Under the pieces are notes generated by a model, which did not search any database, had not been told where the DNA came from, and was given only the letters and a program-made list of their open reading frames with translations. A stretch of 64,000 nt of DNA from a virus (Duplodnaviria; Caudoviricetes): the IMG/VR virus record IMGVR_UViG_3300048549_001527, one strand, 5' to 3'. Made by a program: the position numbers and the translations under genes. Every line of letters begins with the position of its first letter. Positions within the stretch are counted from its first letter, which is position 1. Of the stretch, positions 10,421-18,071 are shown piece after piece.

Positions 10421-10872
10421 ACTTTCCAATTTCAAAAGAACTATTACTTAATGAAGCCATGTCTTTTGATGATTATCAACCTTATCATGATGCAAAGAAT
10501 AATCGCTATTTGGATGATTGGTTGCAAAAACATACAAATGAAGGTTTGGCTTGGGACTTAGCACAGAAATATAAAACTGATCTTGATCTTAGTGACATAC
10601 GACCAAGATATTATATTCAGAAAAGTGGCTTTACTCTCCCTTGGCATAAAGATAGAGGAACTGGGTGCAGCTTTAACTTTGTTCTTGATGGAACATCATC
10701 AATTAGTTTTCGAGATGGCGACTTCTATTATAAGTCAGCAATATTAAACACTCAAGTAGAACACGCAGTATTCCAAACAGAAAAAGACACTGACCGAGTG
10801 CTTCTCAAATTCAGTGTCTTTGATTTATCTTTTGATGAAGTTGTAAAGAGATATCAGGTTAAGTATATGTAA
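10393..10872 (+). CDS. 2OG-Fe(II) oxygenase 2
   Basis: LPWHKD...EHAV...RVLLKFS. Confidence 0.78.
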   Translation: MEHKALYHINFPISKELLLNEAMSFDDYQPYHDAKNNRYLDDWLQKHTNEGLAWDLAQKYKTDLDLSDIRPRYYIQKSGFTLPWHKDRGTGCSFNFVLDGTSSISFRDGDFYYKSAILNTQVEHAVFQTEKDTDRVLLKFSVFDLSFDEVVKRYQVKYM

Positions 10873-11164
10873 TATCTACAGTAAAGCCAGCTTGTTCCCA
10901 AGCAGCTTTAGCAGTATCATAAAATGCTTTTACTTGATCACTATGAACTGCATCATAGGTTCTTGTGACATTAATAGTATTATTATTTGAGAAATCACGA
11001 GACCAACTTTCTGGCTGAAGAGTTTCCCAAATAAATTCCCACATTGCAACATCATCAACTTCAATGGAGTTAATCAAAACTTCAGAAGTTGCGGATATCA
11101 TATCATCCTCTTGTGCATAAGTTTCTGATGATGCAATAATTATTGTCTGTGTTTCTGTTGTCAT
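10859..11164 (-). CDS. Small acidic hypothetical protein, late-expressed
   Basis: 101 aa ORF with AAGGAG RBS and its own TATAAATA at 11183-11190 (minus). Confidence 0.75.
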   Translation of the reverse strand: MTTETQTIIIASSETYAQEDDMISATSEVLINSIEVDDVAMWEFIWETLQPESWSRDFSNNNTINVTRTYDAVHSDQVKAFYDTAKAAWEQAGFTVDITYT

Positions 11165-11182
11165 CGATAATCTCCTTTTGAT

Positions 11183-11190
11183 TATTTATA
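11183..11190 (-). promoter_or_regulatory. T4-type late promoter TATAAATA
   Basis: Plus strand reads TATTTATA, intergenic, about 20 nt upstream of the ATG at 11164. Confidence 0.7.
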
Positions 11191-11236
11191 ACAATTGTTG
11201 CTGTCTTTAAATTAATATCATAATATACTGCTTCCA

Positions 11237-11824
11237 TTATAAATCATCCTGTCCATTAATGCATAGAATTAATCGAATATCATCTGTACCACCAATATTC
11301 CAGGCACTATGCAAACAACCTGGATTTACAAACCAAGCACTACCATCTGCTTTTAAATGTCTGACTTCTGGTATTTCATCAGTCTTACTTTTCACTGCAG
11401 TCATAGCCCAAGGATTTGTTTTGAGTGGAATATAAACTCGAATACTATAGTTTGTATCATAATCAATATGTGGAAGAATCATAGCACCTGGTTCTTTTAC
11501 GATCAGTCTGCTACGAGTGATTGGTGACTTAAACATACCAATCACTTCTTCAACATATGTTCCTTTGTATTCTGGTAAGATTTCACCATAGCATCTCTCA
11601 TCTTCATTACCATTACTAAGATACGTCAGCTCACCTTTGACTCCAGTAACTGGTGTTTGCTTATACTTGTCATTCAGATAAGGACTACCACAGACCTCAC
11701 TAATTGAATCTTGTTCATGATGGAAGTTTTCAAAACACTTTAAGAGACGATCTACATCAACTTGAACGTGTTCTATTTTTTTAAAATTTGGAAGCTCATG
11801 TCTTCTCTTAAGTGTGGTGGTCAT
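11237..11824 (-). CDS. 2OG-Fe(II) oxygenase 3 (Asp/Asn beta-hydroxylase-like)
   Basis: ILPHID...LHSAWN...RLIL; start placed at ATG 11824 after an AAGGA RBS. Confidence 0.8.
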   Translation of the reverse strand: MTTTLKRRHELPNFKKIEHVQVDVDRLLKCFENFHHEQDSISEVCGSPYLNDKYKQTPVTGVKGELTYLSNGNEDERCYGEILPEYKGTYVEEVIGMFKSPITRSRLIVKEPGAMILPHIDYDTNYSIRVYIPLKTNPWAMTAVKSKTDEIPEVRHLKADGSAWFVNPGCLHSAWNIGGTDDIRLILCINGQDDL

Positions 11825-12356
11825 AATGATTTCCTTCAAAAGGTGCAAAAATATTTATCCACCATTTATTAGTTGGTCCATTTTCGTCATGTCCAAAAAA
11901 GTTTATTAGACCGAAACTAACAAATGATATGGGTAAAAGTGCTGCTAAGTAAAGCAGAACGATTGGATTTATCAAATACGCTATTAAATAAGTTACCAAT
12001 AAAATAATCCACATAAACTTGTGTAAAAACATTGCTCTAGGATTTTTGTATAAAGATTTTATAAATTTTCTAGGAATAGACTTTACTCTAAACGTTGAAA
12101 ACAAAACTGTTATCGCTCCTTTATGTTTTGGGCTGTGAGGGTCTAATTCAGTATCAGAATAAGCATGATGCATTCTATGCATAGCAGCCCAAGTCAACGG
12201 AGATCTTGCGCAACATAGCAATCCAATGTACAAAACAAAAAATTCTAAAATAGGATTTAATTTTAGTTCATTGTGCGATAAACATCTATGATAACCGATA
12301 GTTAATCCTATAGCAGCCATTATCCAATAAAATACGTACAACATTATCAAACTCAT
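11808..12356 (-). CDS. Membrane fatty-acid desaturase (delta-9/DesC-like), compact
   Basis: Three His boxes: YHRCLSH, HRMHH, HYDHH; hydrophobic segments; ATG at 12356 overlaps the upstream TGA. Confidence 0.85.
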   Translation of the reverse strand: MSLIMLYVFYWIMAAIGLTIGYHRCLSHNELKLNPILEFFVLYIGLLCCARSPLTWAAMHRMHHAYSDTELDPHSPKHKGAITVLFSTFRVKSIPRKFIKSLYKNPRAMFLHKFMWIILLVTYLIAYLINPIVLLYLAALLPISFVSFGLINFFGHDENGPTNKWWINIFAPFEGNHYDHHT

Positions 12357-13066
12357 TTTAACACCTCGTAAGCATTGACCTGAAGAGCAAAAAAGAAAGT
12401 ATATACTCTTTCCGCAGTCGAGTAAGCGTGATGCCATTTTGCTGTATCAGCCAGATATAATCTGCCTTTTTCAACGTTTTCTTCTTCTATATATTCTTGT
12501 TTTTCTTCATCCCAAAAACAAAAATGATTATTTTCTGGATCGTTAGTTCCCCATATTCTCAAATTTGCAGGAGGAATAGTTACATCAATGTGTGGTTTGA
12601 AATGTGCCCCCGTGTTCCATTTTAATATAGTACAACGTGCTAACATTCCGTCAAATATTTGCATAGGATCTAAAGATTTCATATTTTTCATTATTTCATT
12701 TGGATATTTGAAATCTGTATCAAACAATGGGTTGTCTGGATGTTCTAAACACCACACATCCATTGGCCAATTAACTGGACTTGGTTTCATATCAATTGGA
12801 TTTTCAAGGTCTGTAAGTCCAAGAGAATACCTTTCTAAGTCAGTATGAGTAGGTCCAAATTGCTCGAATAAATGGTCGTATCTTTTTATCTCTTCTTCAA
12901 ATAAATCACAATCAATTTTTATATCCAAAGGAACAAGATTTTTAGTGTGAATTTCTCTATACTTTTCTTCAGGTAATCTATCTCGAGATAAAGAAAGATT
13001 TCTAAAATGTTCCCATTCCGGCCAGTTTGATAGTTTATCATAATTAGATCCAGGTTCATAATTCAT
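12353..13066 (-). CDS. 2OG-Fe(II) oxygenase 4
   Basis: FKPHID...WHHAYS. Confidence 0.75.
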   Translation of the reverse strand: MNYEPGSNYDKLSNWPEWEHFRNLSLSRDRLPEEKYREIHTKNLVPLDIKIDCDLFEEEIKRYDHLFEQFGPTHTDLERYSLGLTDLENPIDMKPSPVNWPMDVWCLEHPDNPLFDTDFKYPNEIMKNMKSLDPMQIFDGMLARCTILKWNTGAHFKPHIDVTIPPANLRIWGTNDPENNHFCFWDEEKQEYIEEENVEKGRLYLADTAKWHHAYSTAERVYTFFFALQVNAYEVLK

Positions 13067-13599
13067 AGTAAAACTCCAACCAAATGAATTCTTTCTGATC
13101 TACTACCATTAAAGGCTGCATGCATTTTTTCTGTATTAGTAATCCACCACTCATTATAAGGAATATGAAATACCTCATTTTCTATTACCATCTTGCAGGA
13201 TTGATCTGTTTTTATTGGGTAATGCAATCTTTTACTAACATCTTTATGCCAACTAGTACAAGCAAAAGGAACACTGCGCATTAGTCTTAATCTTCCTATT
13301 GTGTATCGATCATTTAGAAGATTAAAAACTTCTTCGAAAATTGTTCCTCTAAAAACATCACACAGAACAATAAAATCTTCATCGTATAGCGGATGTTCAA
13401 ATTTTGGTAAACGAACTATGTTTCCTGCTTTATCTTTAACTACTTTATCCCAATTGTAATATAAGCTTTTACATCCTATAGTCCAGTCATGAGATTTTCC
13501 TCCCGGAGCATTCAAGCAAATTTGGTTAAGATTCCAATTTACCAAACCTTTTGATATGAGCTGTCTTAACTCGTCTTCTAAATTTTCAAAAATTGGCAA
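13063..13599 (-). CDS. 2OG-Fe(II) oxygenase 5 (Asp/Asn beta-hydroxylase-like)
   Basis: SWHKD...LHYPI...MHAAFNGS...RIHLV; TTG start. Confidence 0.8.
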   Translation of the reverse strand: MPIFENLEDELRQLISKGLVNWNLNQICLNAPGGKSHDWTIGCKSLYYNWDKVVKDKAGNIVRLPKFEHPLYDEDFIVLCDVFRGTIFEEVFNLLNDRYTIGRLRLMRSVPFACTSWHKDVSKRLHYPIKTDQSCKMVIENEVFHIPYNEWWITNTEKMHAAFNGSRSERIHLVGVLL

Positions 13600-13622
13600 G
13601 TCGTTTAATTTAGAAAAGTGTT

Positions 13623-14225
13623 CTATTTTGAAACTCCTTCCAATTGTTTATATGCCCAGATTTTTTCTCTGCATTGCCAACATTCTTTGCATTCATTAAT
13701 AGTATTTGTAAGGCAACTCATTGTATTTGATAAATCTATATTTAACTTATTTGCTAGATCTATAATGTGATATTTATATAAATGAAGAAAAGGCGCGATT
13801 AGTTTATCGTTATTTTGTATTCTCCAAGGTCTGTAAGGAGCACCGTCTTTTAAATCTGGAAAATAATGACTCGGTGGAGTATGATTTATTCCAATGTATA
13901 ATTGATCATATTTACTTTGAATGGAAGCAATGGCTTCTTTTATCCTCAAATCTGGATTTAAAGTAGTTTCTTTAAATCTATGAACTTTTTGATTTGTTAA
14001 GGACTCTACTCGAGATGGATTGTCGAATCCATCTTTTCTATCTATAGTGTACACATCTGGATTATACGACTTAATTAAATTATATAAAACTAAACTATCT
14101 ATACCGCCTGACATCATAAGAGCAATTTTTCCAGCAGGAGATATAGTAACTAATCTTCTATCCCAAGTTGGACCGACTTTATGCATGGTTTTTATATTTG
14201 GAATAGTTTCACCAACTTTAATCAT
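13623..14225 (-). CDS. QueC-like PP-loop ATPase
   Basis: MMSGGIDS PP-loop; PF.HL.K.HII motif; C-terminal SC...CKECWQC zinc motif. An alternative GTG start lies at 14237. Confidence 0.75.
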   Translation of the reverse strand: MIKVGETIPNIKTMHKVGPTWDRRLVTISPAGKIALMMSGGIDSLVLYNLIKSYNPDVYTIDRKDGFDNPSRVESLTNQKVHRFKETTLNPDLRIKEAIASIQSKYDQLYIGINHTPPSHYFPDLKDGAPYRPWRIQNNDKLIAPFLHLYKYHIIDLANKLNIDLSNTMSCLTNTINECKECWQCREKIWAYKQLEGVSK

Positions 14226-14278
14226 ATTACGAAACACCTTTTACTTTTGCGACCATACTAAAAAATAATGTATACGTA

Positions 14279-14286
14279 TATTTATA
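14279..14286 (-). promoter_or_regulatory. T4-type late promoter TATAAATA for the QueC-oxygenase-desaturase operon
   Basis: Plus strand TATTTATA in the divergent intergenic gap. Confidence 0.7.
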
Positions 14287-14299
14287 CGAAAAAAAACAG

Positions 14300-14328
14300 T
14301 TGACATATCGTTTTGCCTGTGGTATACT
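14300..14328 (+). promoter_or_regulatory. Sigma70-type early promoter
   Basis: TTGACA-17nt-TATACT with extended TG and an upstream A-tract. Confidence 0.85.
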
Positions 14329-14354
14329 GATTCTATAAACAGAAAGGATACAAG

Positions 14355-14534
14355 ATGAAAATGTGGAAAAGATTTTACGAAATAACAGTTACATCTTCTG
14401 AAGGAAAACTTCTACATAAGTCAGAAGAATATTCCGGATATTCAACATCTGAAGAACTAATGTATCTTGATAAGCAATATCCTGGTTGTAAAGTTGAAGC
14501 TGAGTTCAAAGAATATGAAATTAATTCAAATTAA
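14355..14534 (+). CDS. Small early hypothetical protein (59 aa, not in ORF track)
   Basis: MKMWKRFYEITVTSSEGK...EINSN*, AAAGGA RBS, directly downstream of the 14300 promoter. Confidence 0.7.
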   Translation: MKMWKRFYEITVTSSEGKLLHKSEEYSGYSTSEELMYLDKQYPGCKVEAEFKEYEINSN

Positions 14535-14537
14535 CTA

Positions 14538-14566
14538 TTGACATTTCGTTTAGAATCAGTTATATT
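14538..14566 (+). promoter_or_regulatory. Sigma70-type early promoter
   Basis: TTGACA-17nt-TATATT. Confidence 0.8.
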
Positions 14567-14597
14567 AATAGTATAACAAAATGAAAAGGAATCAGTA

Positions 14598-15005
14598 ATG
14601 GCTTTTACATACTCAGACGATTGTATCTCAGATCTTCATAAAGAAGTTTACGGCTACCGTCCTCGCGGTGCTTTCTTCGATGATTGGTCTAACTGTACTC
14701 CTGCTGAAAAGCAAAAGACGTGGGATGAATATTGCCGTGCTCTTGAAATTCAAATGGCTGAAACCAAATCTCAGGAAGAGCAAGACGTCGCCAAGTTTGA
14801 AGCTCGAGTTCAAGACGTAATTGGTCTTGGCGCCAACGACCGTAAAACAGCGCTTAGCTGGATTACTGGTTCTGAAACCTTTTATCACTCTCAAGATGTT
14901 GAACATTTTGTGTGGGAGCAAGGAATTTTGTTTACTCAATACGGTAAGCAGTTAGTTAAAGATCTTTTGAAGATCGTTGAATATAAGGAATATGATTATG
15001 CTTAA
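14598..15005 (+). CDS. Early hypothetical protein
   Basis: 135 aa ORF with AAGGA RBS behind the promoter. Confidence 0.8.
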   Translation: MAFTYSDDCISDLHKEVYGYRPRGAFFDDWSNCTPAEKQKTWDEYCRALEIQMAETKSQEEQDVAKFEARVQDVIGLGANDRKTALSWITGSETFYHSQDVEHFVWEQGILFTQYGKQLVKDLLKIVEYKEYDYA

Positions 15006-15171
15006 TAAGTACTTTAGAATTGAAGCTTTTTCTTTTGAAGATGGCGAATACAAGTTGCAAGAGTTCGCAACTGGTTTTGCTCATAAGCAAGCCGCTGATT
15101 ACTTTCGTCGCCTGCATGATACTAATGAATTTGCTAAGATCACTATGAAACCTGTAAAGGCAGCTGCGTAA
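14998..15171 (+). CDS. Small hypothetical protein
   Basis: ORF coupled to both neighbours; AAGGA RBS at about 14985. Confidence 0.65.
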   Translation: MLNKYFRIEAFSFEDGEYKLQEFATGFAHKQAADYFRRLHDTNEFAKITMKPVKAAA

Positions 15172-15305
15172 TGACTGAAAGATTAATATACGGAACTGCA
15201 ATTGCAATTGCTCTTGTGTTATGTGGATGGTATATAATCCACATTTGGTCTGATTGTTTAAACGAAAACTCAGTGTTTACTTGTATGCGGATGCTTAATA
15301 AATGA
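15171..15305 (+). CDS. Small membrane protein (44 aa, not in ORF track)
   Basis: MTERLIYGTAIAIALVLCGWYII...; TAATG and ATGA coupling on either side. Confidence 0.6.
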   Translation: MTERLIYGTAIAIALVLCGWYIIHIWSDCLNENSVFTCMRMLNK

Positions 15306-15553
15306 CAAAGCTAACAAACCCTCTCGAGATTTCAGAATACAAACAGCGTTGGATGCGAGAAGGATCGCATTCAGTTCAAATCCATAGTGATCTTCGTAAC
15401 AAAGCGTTAGACTATTGTAAAGTTCAAATGTTCAGACAACAGTGGGTTCATAGGAAGTATACAGATGTATATGAAGATACATTCTTTTTTGAGCAATTGC
15501 TTGACGCAAAAGCTTTTGCAAATTATTTTAAAGAATGGGTAATTAACGATTGA
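15302..15553 (+). CDS. Hypothetical protein
   Basis: 83 aa ORF, translationally coupled. Confidence 0.7.
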   Translation: MTKLTNPLEISEYKQRWMREGSHSVQIHSDLRNKALDYCKVQMFRQQWVHRKYTDVYEDTFFFEQLLDAKAFANYFKEWVIND

Positions 15554-15578
15554 CATTCGTTATGAAATAGTATAGAGT
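15550..15578 (+). promoter_or_regulatory. Sigma70-type early promoter
   Basis: TTGACA-17nt-TAGAGT. Confidence 0.65.
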
Positions 15579-15604
15579 AATTTTACAACAAAAGGAATCA
15601 CTCT

Positions 15605-15799
15605 ATGACACTATACACTAAAAAATCCGAAATTCTTTTTAACTATCTTGTACTTCCTCACTGGGAAAACCGTGAGGATTTTGGTCTTGTACATCTTGAC
15701 ACCAATGAAACAATCTATGAAGGTACCTGTTTTGAGTGCTGGACTTATCTTGCTAAAATCCAACCAAAGTGTCGTTGGTTACAAAAATATGTGAAATAA
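15605..15799 (+). CDS. Small hypothetical protein
   Basis: 64 aa, AAAGGA RBS. Confidence 0.7.
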   Translation: MTLYTKKSEILFNYLVLPHWENREDFGLVHLDTNETIYEGTCFECWTYLAKIQPKCRWLQKYVK

Positions 15800-15802
15800 C
15801 TA

Positions 15803-15831
15803 TTGACATTCCGTCGCGAATCAGATATATT
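15803..15831 (+). promoter_or_regulatory. Sigma70-type early promoter
   Basis: TTGACA-17nt-TATATT. Confidence 0.8.
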
Positions 15832-15860
15832 GTATATATCAAATGAAAAGGAACTATATC

Positions 15861-16142
15861 ATGGCTTATGTAACTTACAAAAATCGCTCATCATCAGACT
15901 ATCGTTTTACTTGTAAATCTCTTGATGATCCTGAGATTGCAAATCTTAAAGAAATACTTGTTAACCGCAACAGCTTCATTAAACGTGCCCGCAAACAAAC
16001 GGGTATGATGAGTTTTTATGGGAAACAAAAAACACAAGGACTTCGTATTCGTCCTCGTGGTCCTCGTCCGTCTCAGTGGGCAAAAGATACGCCTTGGGAA
16101 AACGCTACTCATTATGACGTTTACATCCGGGATTATTCATAA
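15861..16142 (+). CDS. Basic hypothetical protein
   Basis: ORF with AAGGA RBS; start placed at 15861. Confidence 0.7.
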   Translation: MAYVTYKNRSSSDYRFTCKSLDDPEIANLKEILVNRNSFIKRARKQTGMMSFYGKQKTQGLRIRPRGPRPSQWAKDTPWENATHYDVYIRDYS

Positions 16143-16300
16143 TGGATTATAAAGATCTTGTAAAAAAGTTTGTCTCTGAAGGCGGTTCCATTACAAAGTG
16201 TGAACCGTCAAAGAAACGTTTCAAAACATTCCGCGGCAAGGCGGGAGCCTACAATCGTGGTGCTAAGAAAATCAATTTGCAGGATAAAGGTATTGCATAA
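16142..16300 (+). CDS. Small basic hypothetical protein (52 aa, not in ORF track)
   Basis: MDYKDLVKKFVSEGGSITKCEP...; TAATG coupling at both ends. Confidence 0.65.
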   Translation: MDYKDLVKKFVSEGGSITKCEPSKKRFKTFRGKAGAYNRGAKKINLQDKGIA

Positions 16301-16833
16301 TGTGTAAATCTGCTATTAAAAATCTCGCATCTTTACTTCGCACTGAAGTCTTCGACAAAATTGATTCCTATTGGACTGAGGCTGAAACTTATAGTATTAT
16401 TGAACTCAGAGATTTAGGTAGCGGATATTACGACGAAGATCGTTATCAAGTTAATCATATTGTTGCTCCTAAAAGGAGCGGTAGATCTATTGATGCAAAT
16501 AGTGCCAAAGGCGTATACATTTGGTATCACGGAGATCAGATTATGTATGTTGGTAAAACAGACGCGCCTTCAACGAGTATTCACAAACGGCAATATGCCC
16601 ACTCGCGTAGCTTTACAACACCACACGAAAGACACGAATCTTCAGGACGTAAATATCGCGAGTTTTTAAAAGAAAATAATTTACATTCTATGGATATTGT
16701 GATAAAATATATTAATACTGATAAGTTTGATATTGAAGGTATGGCAGAACTCATTGAAACTGCAACTATTAATAATTATCAGCCATTACTTAATCGTGAA
16801 ATTAAAGGGAGAGGCCAGAGAGAATGCTATTAA
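16300..16833 (+). CDS. Single-domain GIY-YIG endonuclease (DenA/EndoII-like size)
   Basis: GVYIW...IMYVGKT...KR...LIE...I..YQPLLN. Confidence 0.8.
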   Translation: MCKSAIKNLASLLRTEVFDKIDSYWTEAETYSIIELRDLGSGYYDEDRYQVNHIVAPKRSGRSIDANSAKGVYIWYHGDQIMYVGKTDAPSTSIHKRQYAHSRSFTTPHERHESSGRKYREFLKENNLHSMDIVIKYINTDKFDIEGMAELIETATINNYQPLLNREIKGRGQRECY

Positions 16834-17378
16834 TCATTGAAGGTATGGATCGCTGTGGTAAATCCACATTGGTACAAAACCTACGTAAAAAATATTTTAA
16901 AAATCCAAACATAATGGCTCACCATTCATCTTCTCCTCCTGACTTTGAAGATCCTAATGGTTGGGAAAAAGAACATTATGAGTCTTTGTTCATTGCATCT
17001 AAACGACTTGTAAATCAAATGAATTATGATATTATCTTTGACCGTTTCCATCTCGGTGCAATCGTCTATGGCGAAAAGTATCGTGCTGCAGACGGTAAAG
17101 ACATTTATGAATTAGATCGAAGGTTTCTTAGCGGATATAAAAATGCCGCTCTAATTTTGTTGACTGATACTACTGACGGTATTATGTCTCGTGATGATGG
17201 CGATAGCCTTGAACAAAGTAAAGAAGATTTCTTATATAGTCGTAACGCGTTTTTGACTGCGTTCAACGAGTCAAGCTGTAAACATAAACTAAGCATAAAT
17301 ATAACAAAGAACGGTGGAGTGGGTAACACATATGATACCGTTGTAAATTTTTTAGATGGAGTTCGTAATGAGAATTGA
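16824..17378 (+). CDS. Thymidylate kinase-family dNMP kinase
   Basis: IIEGMDRCGKST P-loop; IIFDRFHLG. Confidence 0.85.
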   Translation: MLLIIEGMDRCGKSTLVQNLRKKYFKNPNIMAHHSSSPPDFEDPNGWEKEHYESLFIASKRLVNQMNYDIIFDRFHLGAIVYGEKYRAADGKDIYELDRRFLSGYKNAALILLTDTTDGIMSRDDGDSLEQSKEDFLYSRNAFLTAFNESSCKHKLSINITKNGGVGNTYDTVVNFLDGVRNEN

Positions 17379-18066
17379 TAGTGTACATGACATTCGTGAG
17401 TTCTTTAAAGGCGAGCTAGCCGACGAAGCATTTACAATTGATAAGACAGGCCAACGGACTATTGAATTAATTGGCGCAAACTTTCTTGCAACAGAACCTG
17501 CAATCTTTGGTGAACCAAGTCAAGCTTATATTAACTCTGAGCTTGCTTGGTATGAGTCGCAATCAACAAACATTAATGATATCTATGGACCATCCAAACC
17601 TGCTCCTGCCGCATGGCAATATTCAGCAGATCCACACGGTAATATTAATTCCAATTATGGTCATTTAGTATTCTCTAAAAAATATCATAACCAATTCCAA
17701 AATGCTTTTGATGAACTATGGAGTAACCCTGATAGCCGTCGTGCTCAAATGATTTACAATCGTCCATCTATTTGGGTTGAGTTTGACGAAGGTGGTAAGT
17801 CTGACTTTATTTGTACTAATGCACAAACGTTTTATATCCGCGATGGCATTCTGATGATGGTGTCACAAATGCGTTCTAACGACGCAATCTTTGGCTATAA
17901 AAACGACTATGCTTGGGCTCAATATCTTATGGATAAGTTTGTTGCTCAATGGAACCAACAATGTAAACTTCCTGGCAATAAGCACTTTACTATTGATAAA
18001 GGTATGCTTACATGGCAAGCTATGAATTTGCACGTGTATGAGCGCCACTTTGACTTGGTTGTATAA
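17368..18066 (+). CDS. 42: T4 gp42-like dCMP C5-modifying enzyme (thymidylate synthase superfamily; hydroxymethylase or hydroxylase)
   Basis: DKTG..TIELIGA.F, ELAWY, INSNYG, DSRRA.MIY.RPS, SDFICTN (catalytic Cys), MRSND..FGYKNDYAW (Asp at the position that selects dCMP), LHVYERHF. Confidence 0.88.
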   Translation: MRIDSVHDIREFFKGELADEAFTIDKTGQRTIELIGANFLATEPAIFGEPSQAYINSELAWYESQSTNINDIYGPSKPAPAAWQYSADPHGNINSNYGHLVFSKKYHNQFQNAFDELWSNPDSRRAQMIYNRPSIWVEFDEGGKSDFICTNAQTFYIRDGILMMVSQMRSNDAIFGYKNDYAWAQYLMDKFVAQWNQQCKLPGNKHFTIDKGMLTWQAMNLHVYERHFDLVV

Positions 18067-18071
18067 ATAAC

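Noticed and set aside
13623-14225. 7-deazaguanine DNA modification system
   Set aside because: No dpdA, folE or queD in the window, and none of the radical SAM proteins looks like compact QueE; cannot be excluded elsewhere in the genome.
14227-14256. Nine-codon minus-strand uORF (MVAKVKGVS) ahead of the QueC-like gene
   Set aside because: No RBS of its own, and such short ORFs are expected by chance.
14271-14280. Perfect palindrome TATACGTATA beside the late promoter
   Set aside because: A single 10-bp AT-rich palindrome with no second copy noticed; chance cannot be excluded.
14300-15863. CRISPR-like or DGR-like repeats
   Set aside because: The repeats are short, irregularly spaced promoter elements separated by ORFs; no cas gene or reverse transcriptase is present.
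17368-18066. Ordinary thymidylate synthase ThyA
   Set aside because: It lacks the PFN motif Asn (Asp in KNDYAW instead) and follows the T4 gp42 pattern along its length.
18062-18069. TATAAATA overlapping the gp42 stop codon
   Set aside because: Only 2 nt before the next ATG, so a transcript could not include that start; may be chance in AT-rich DNA.
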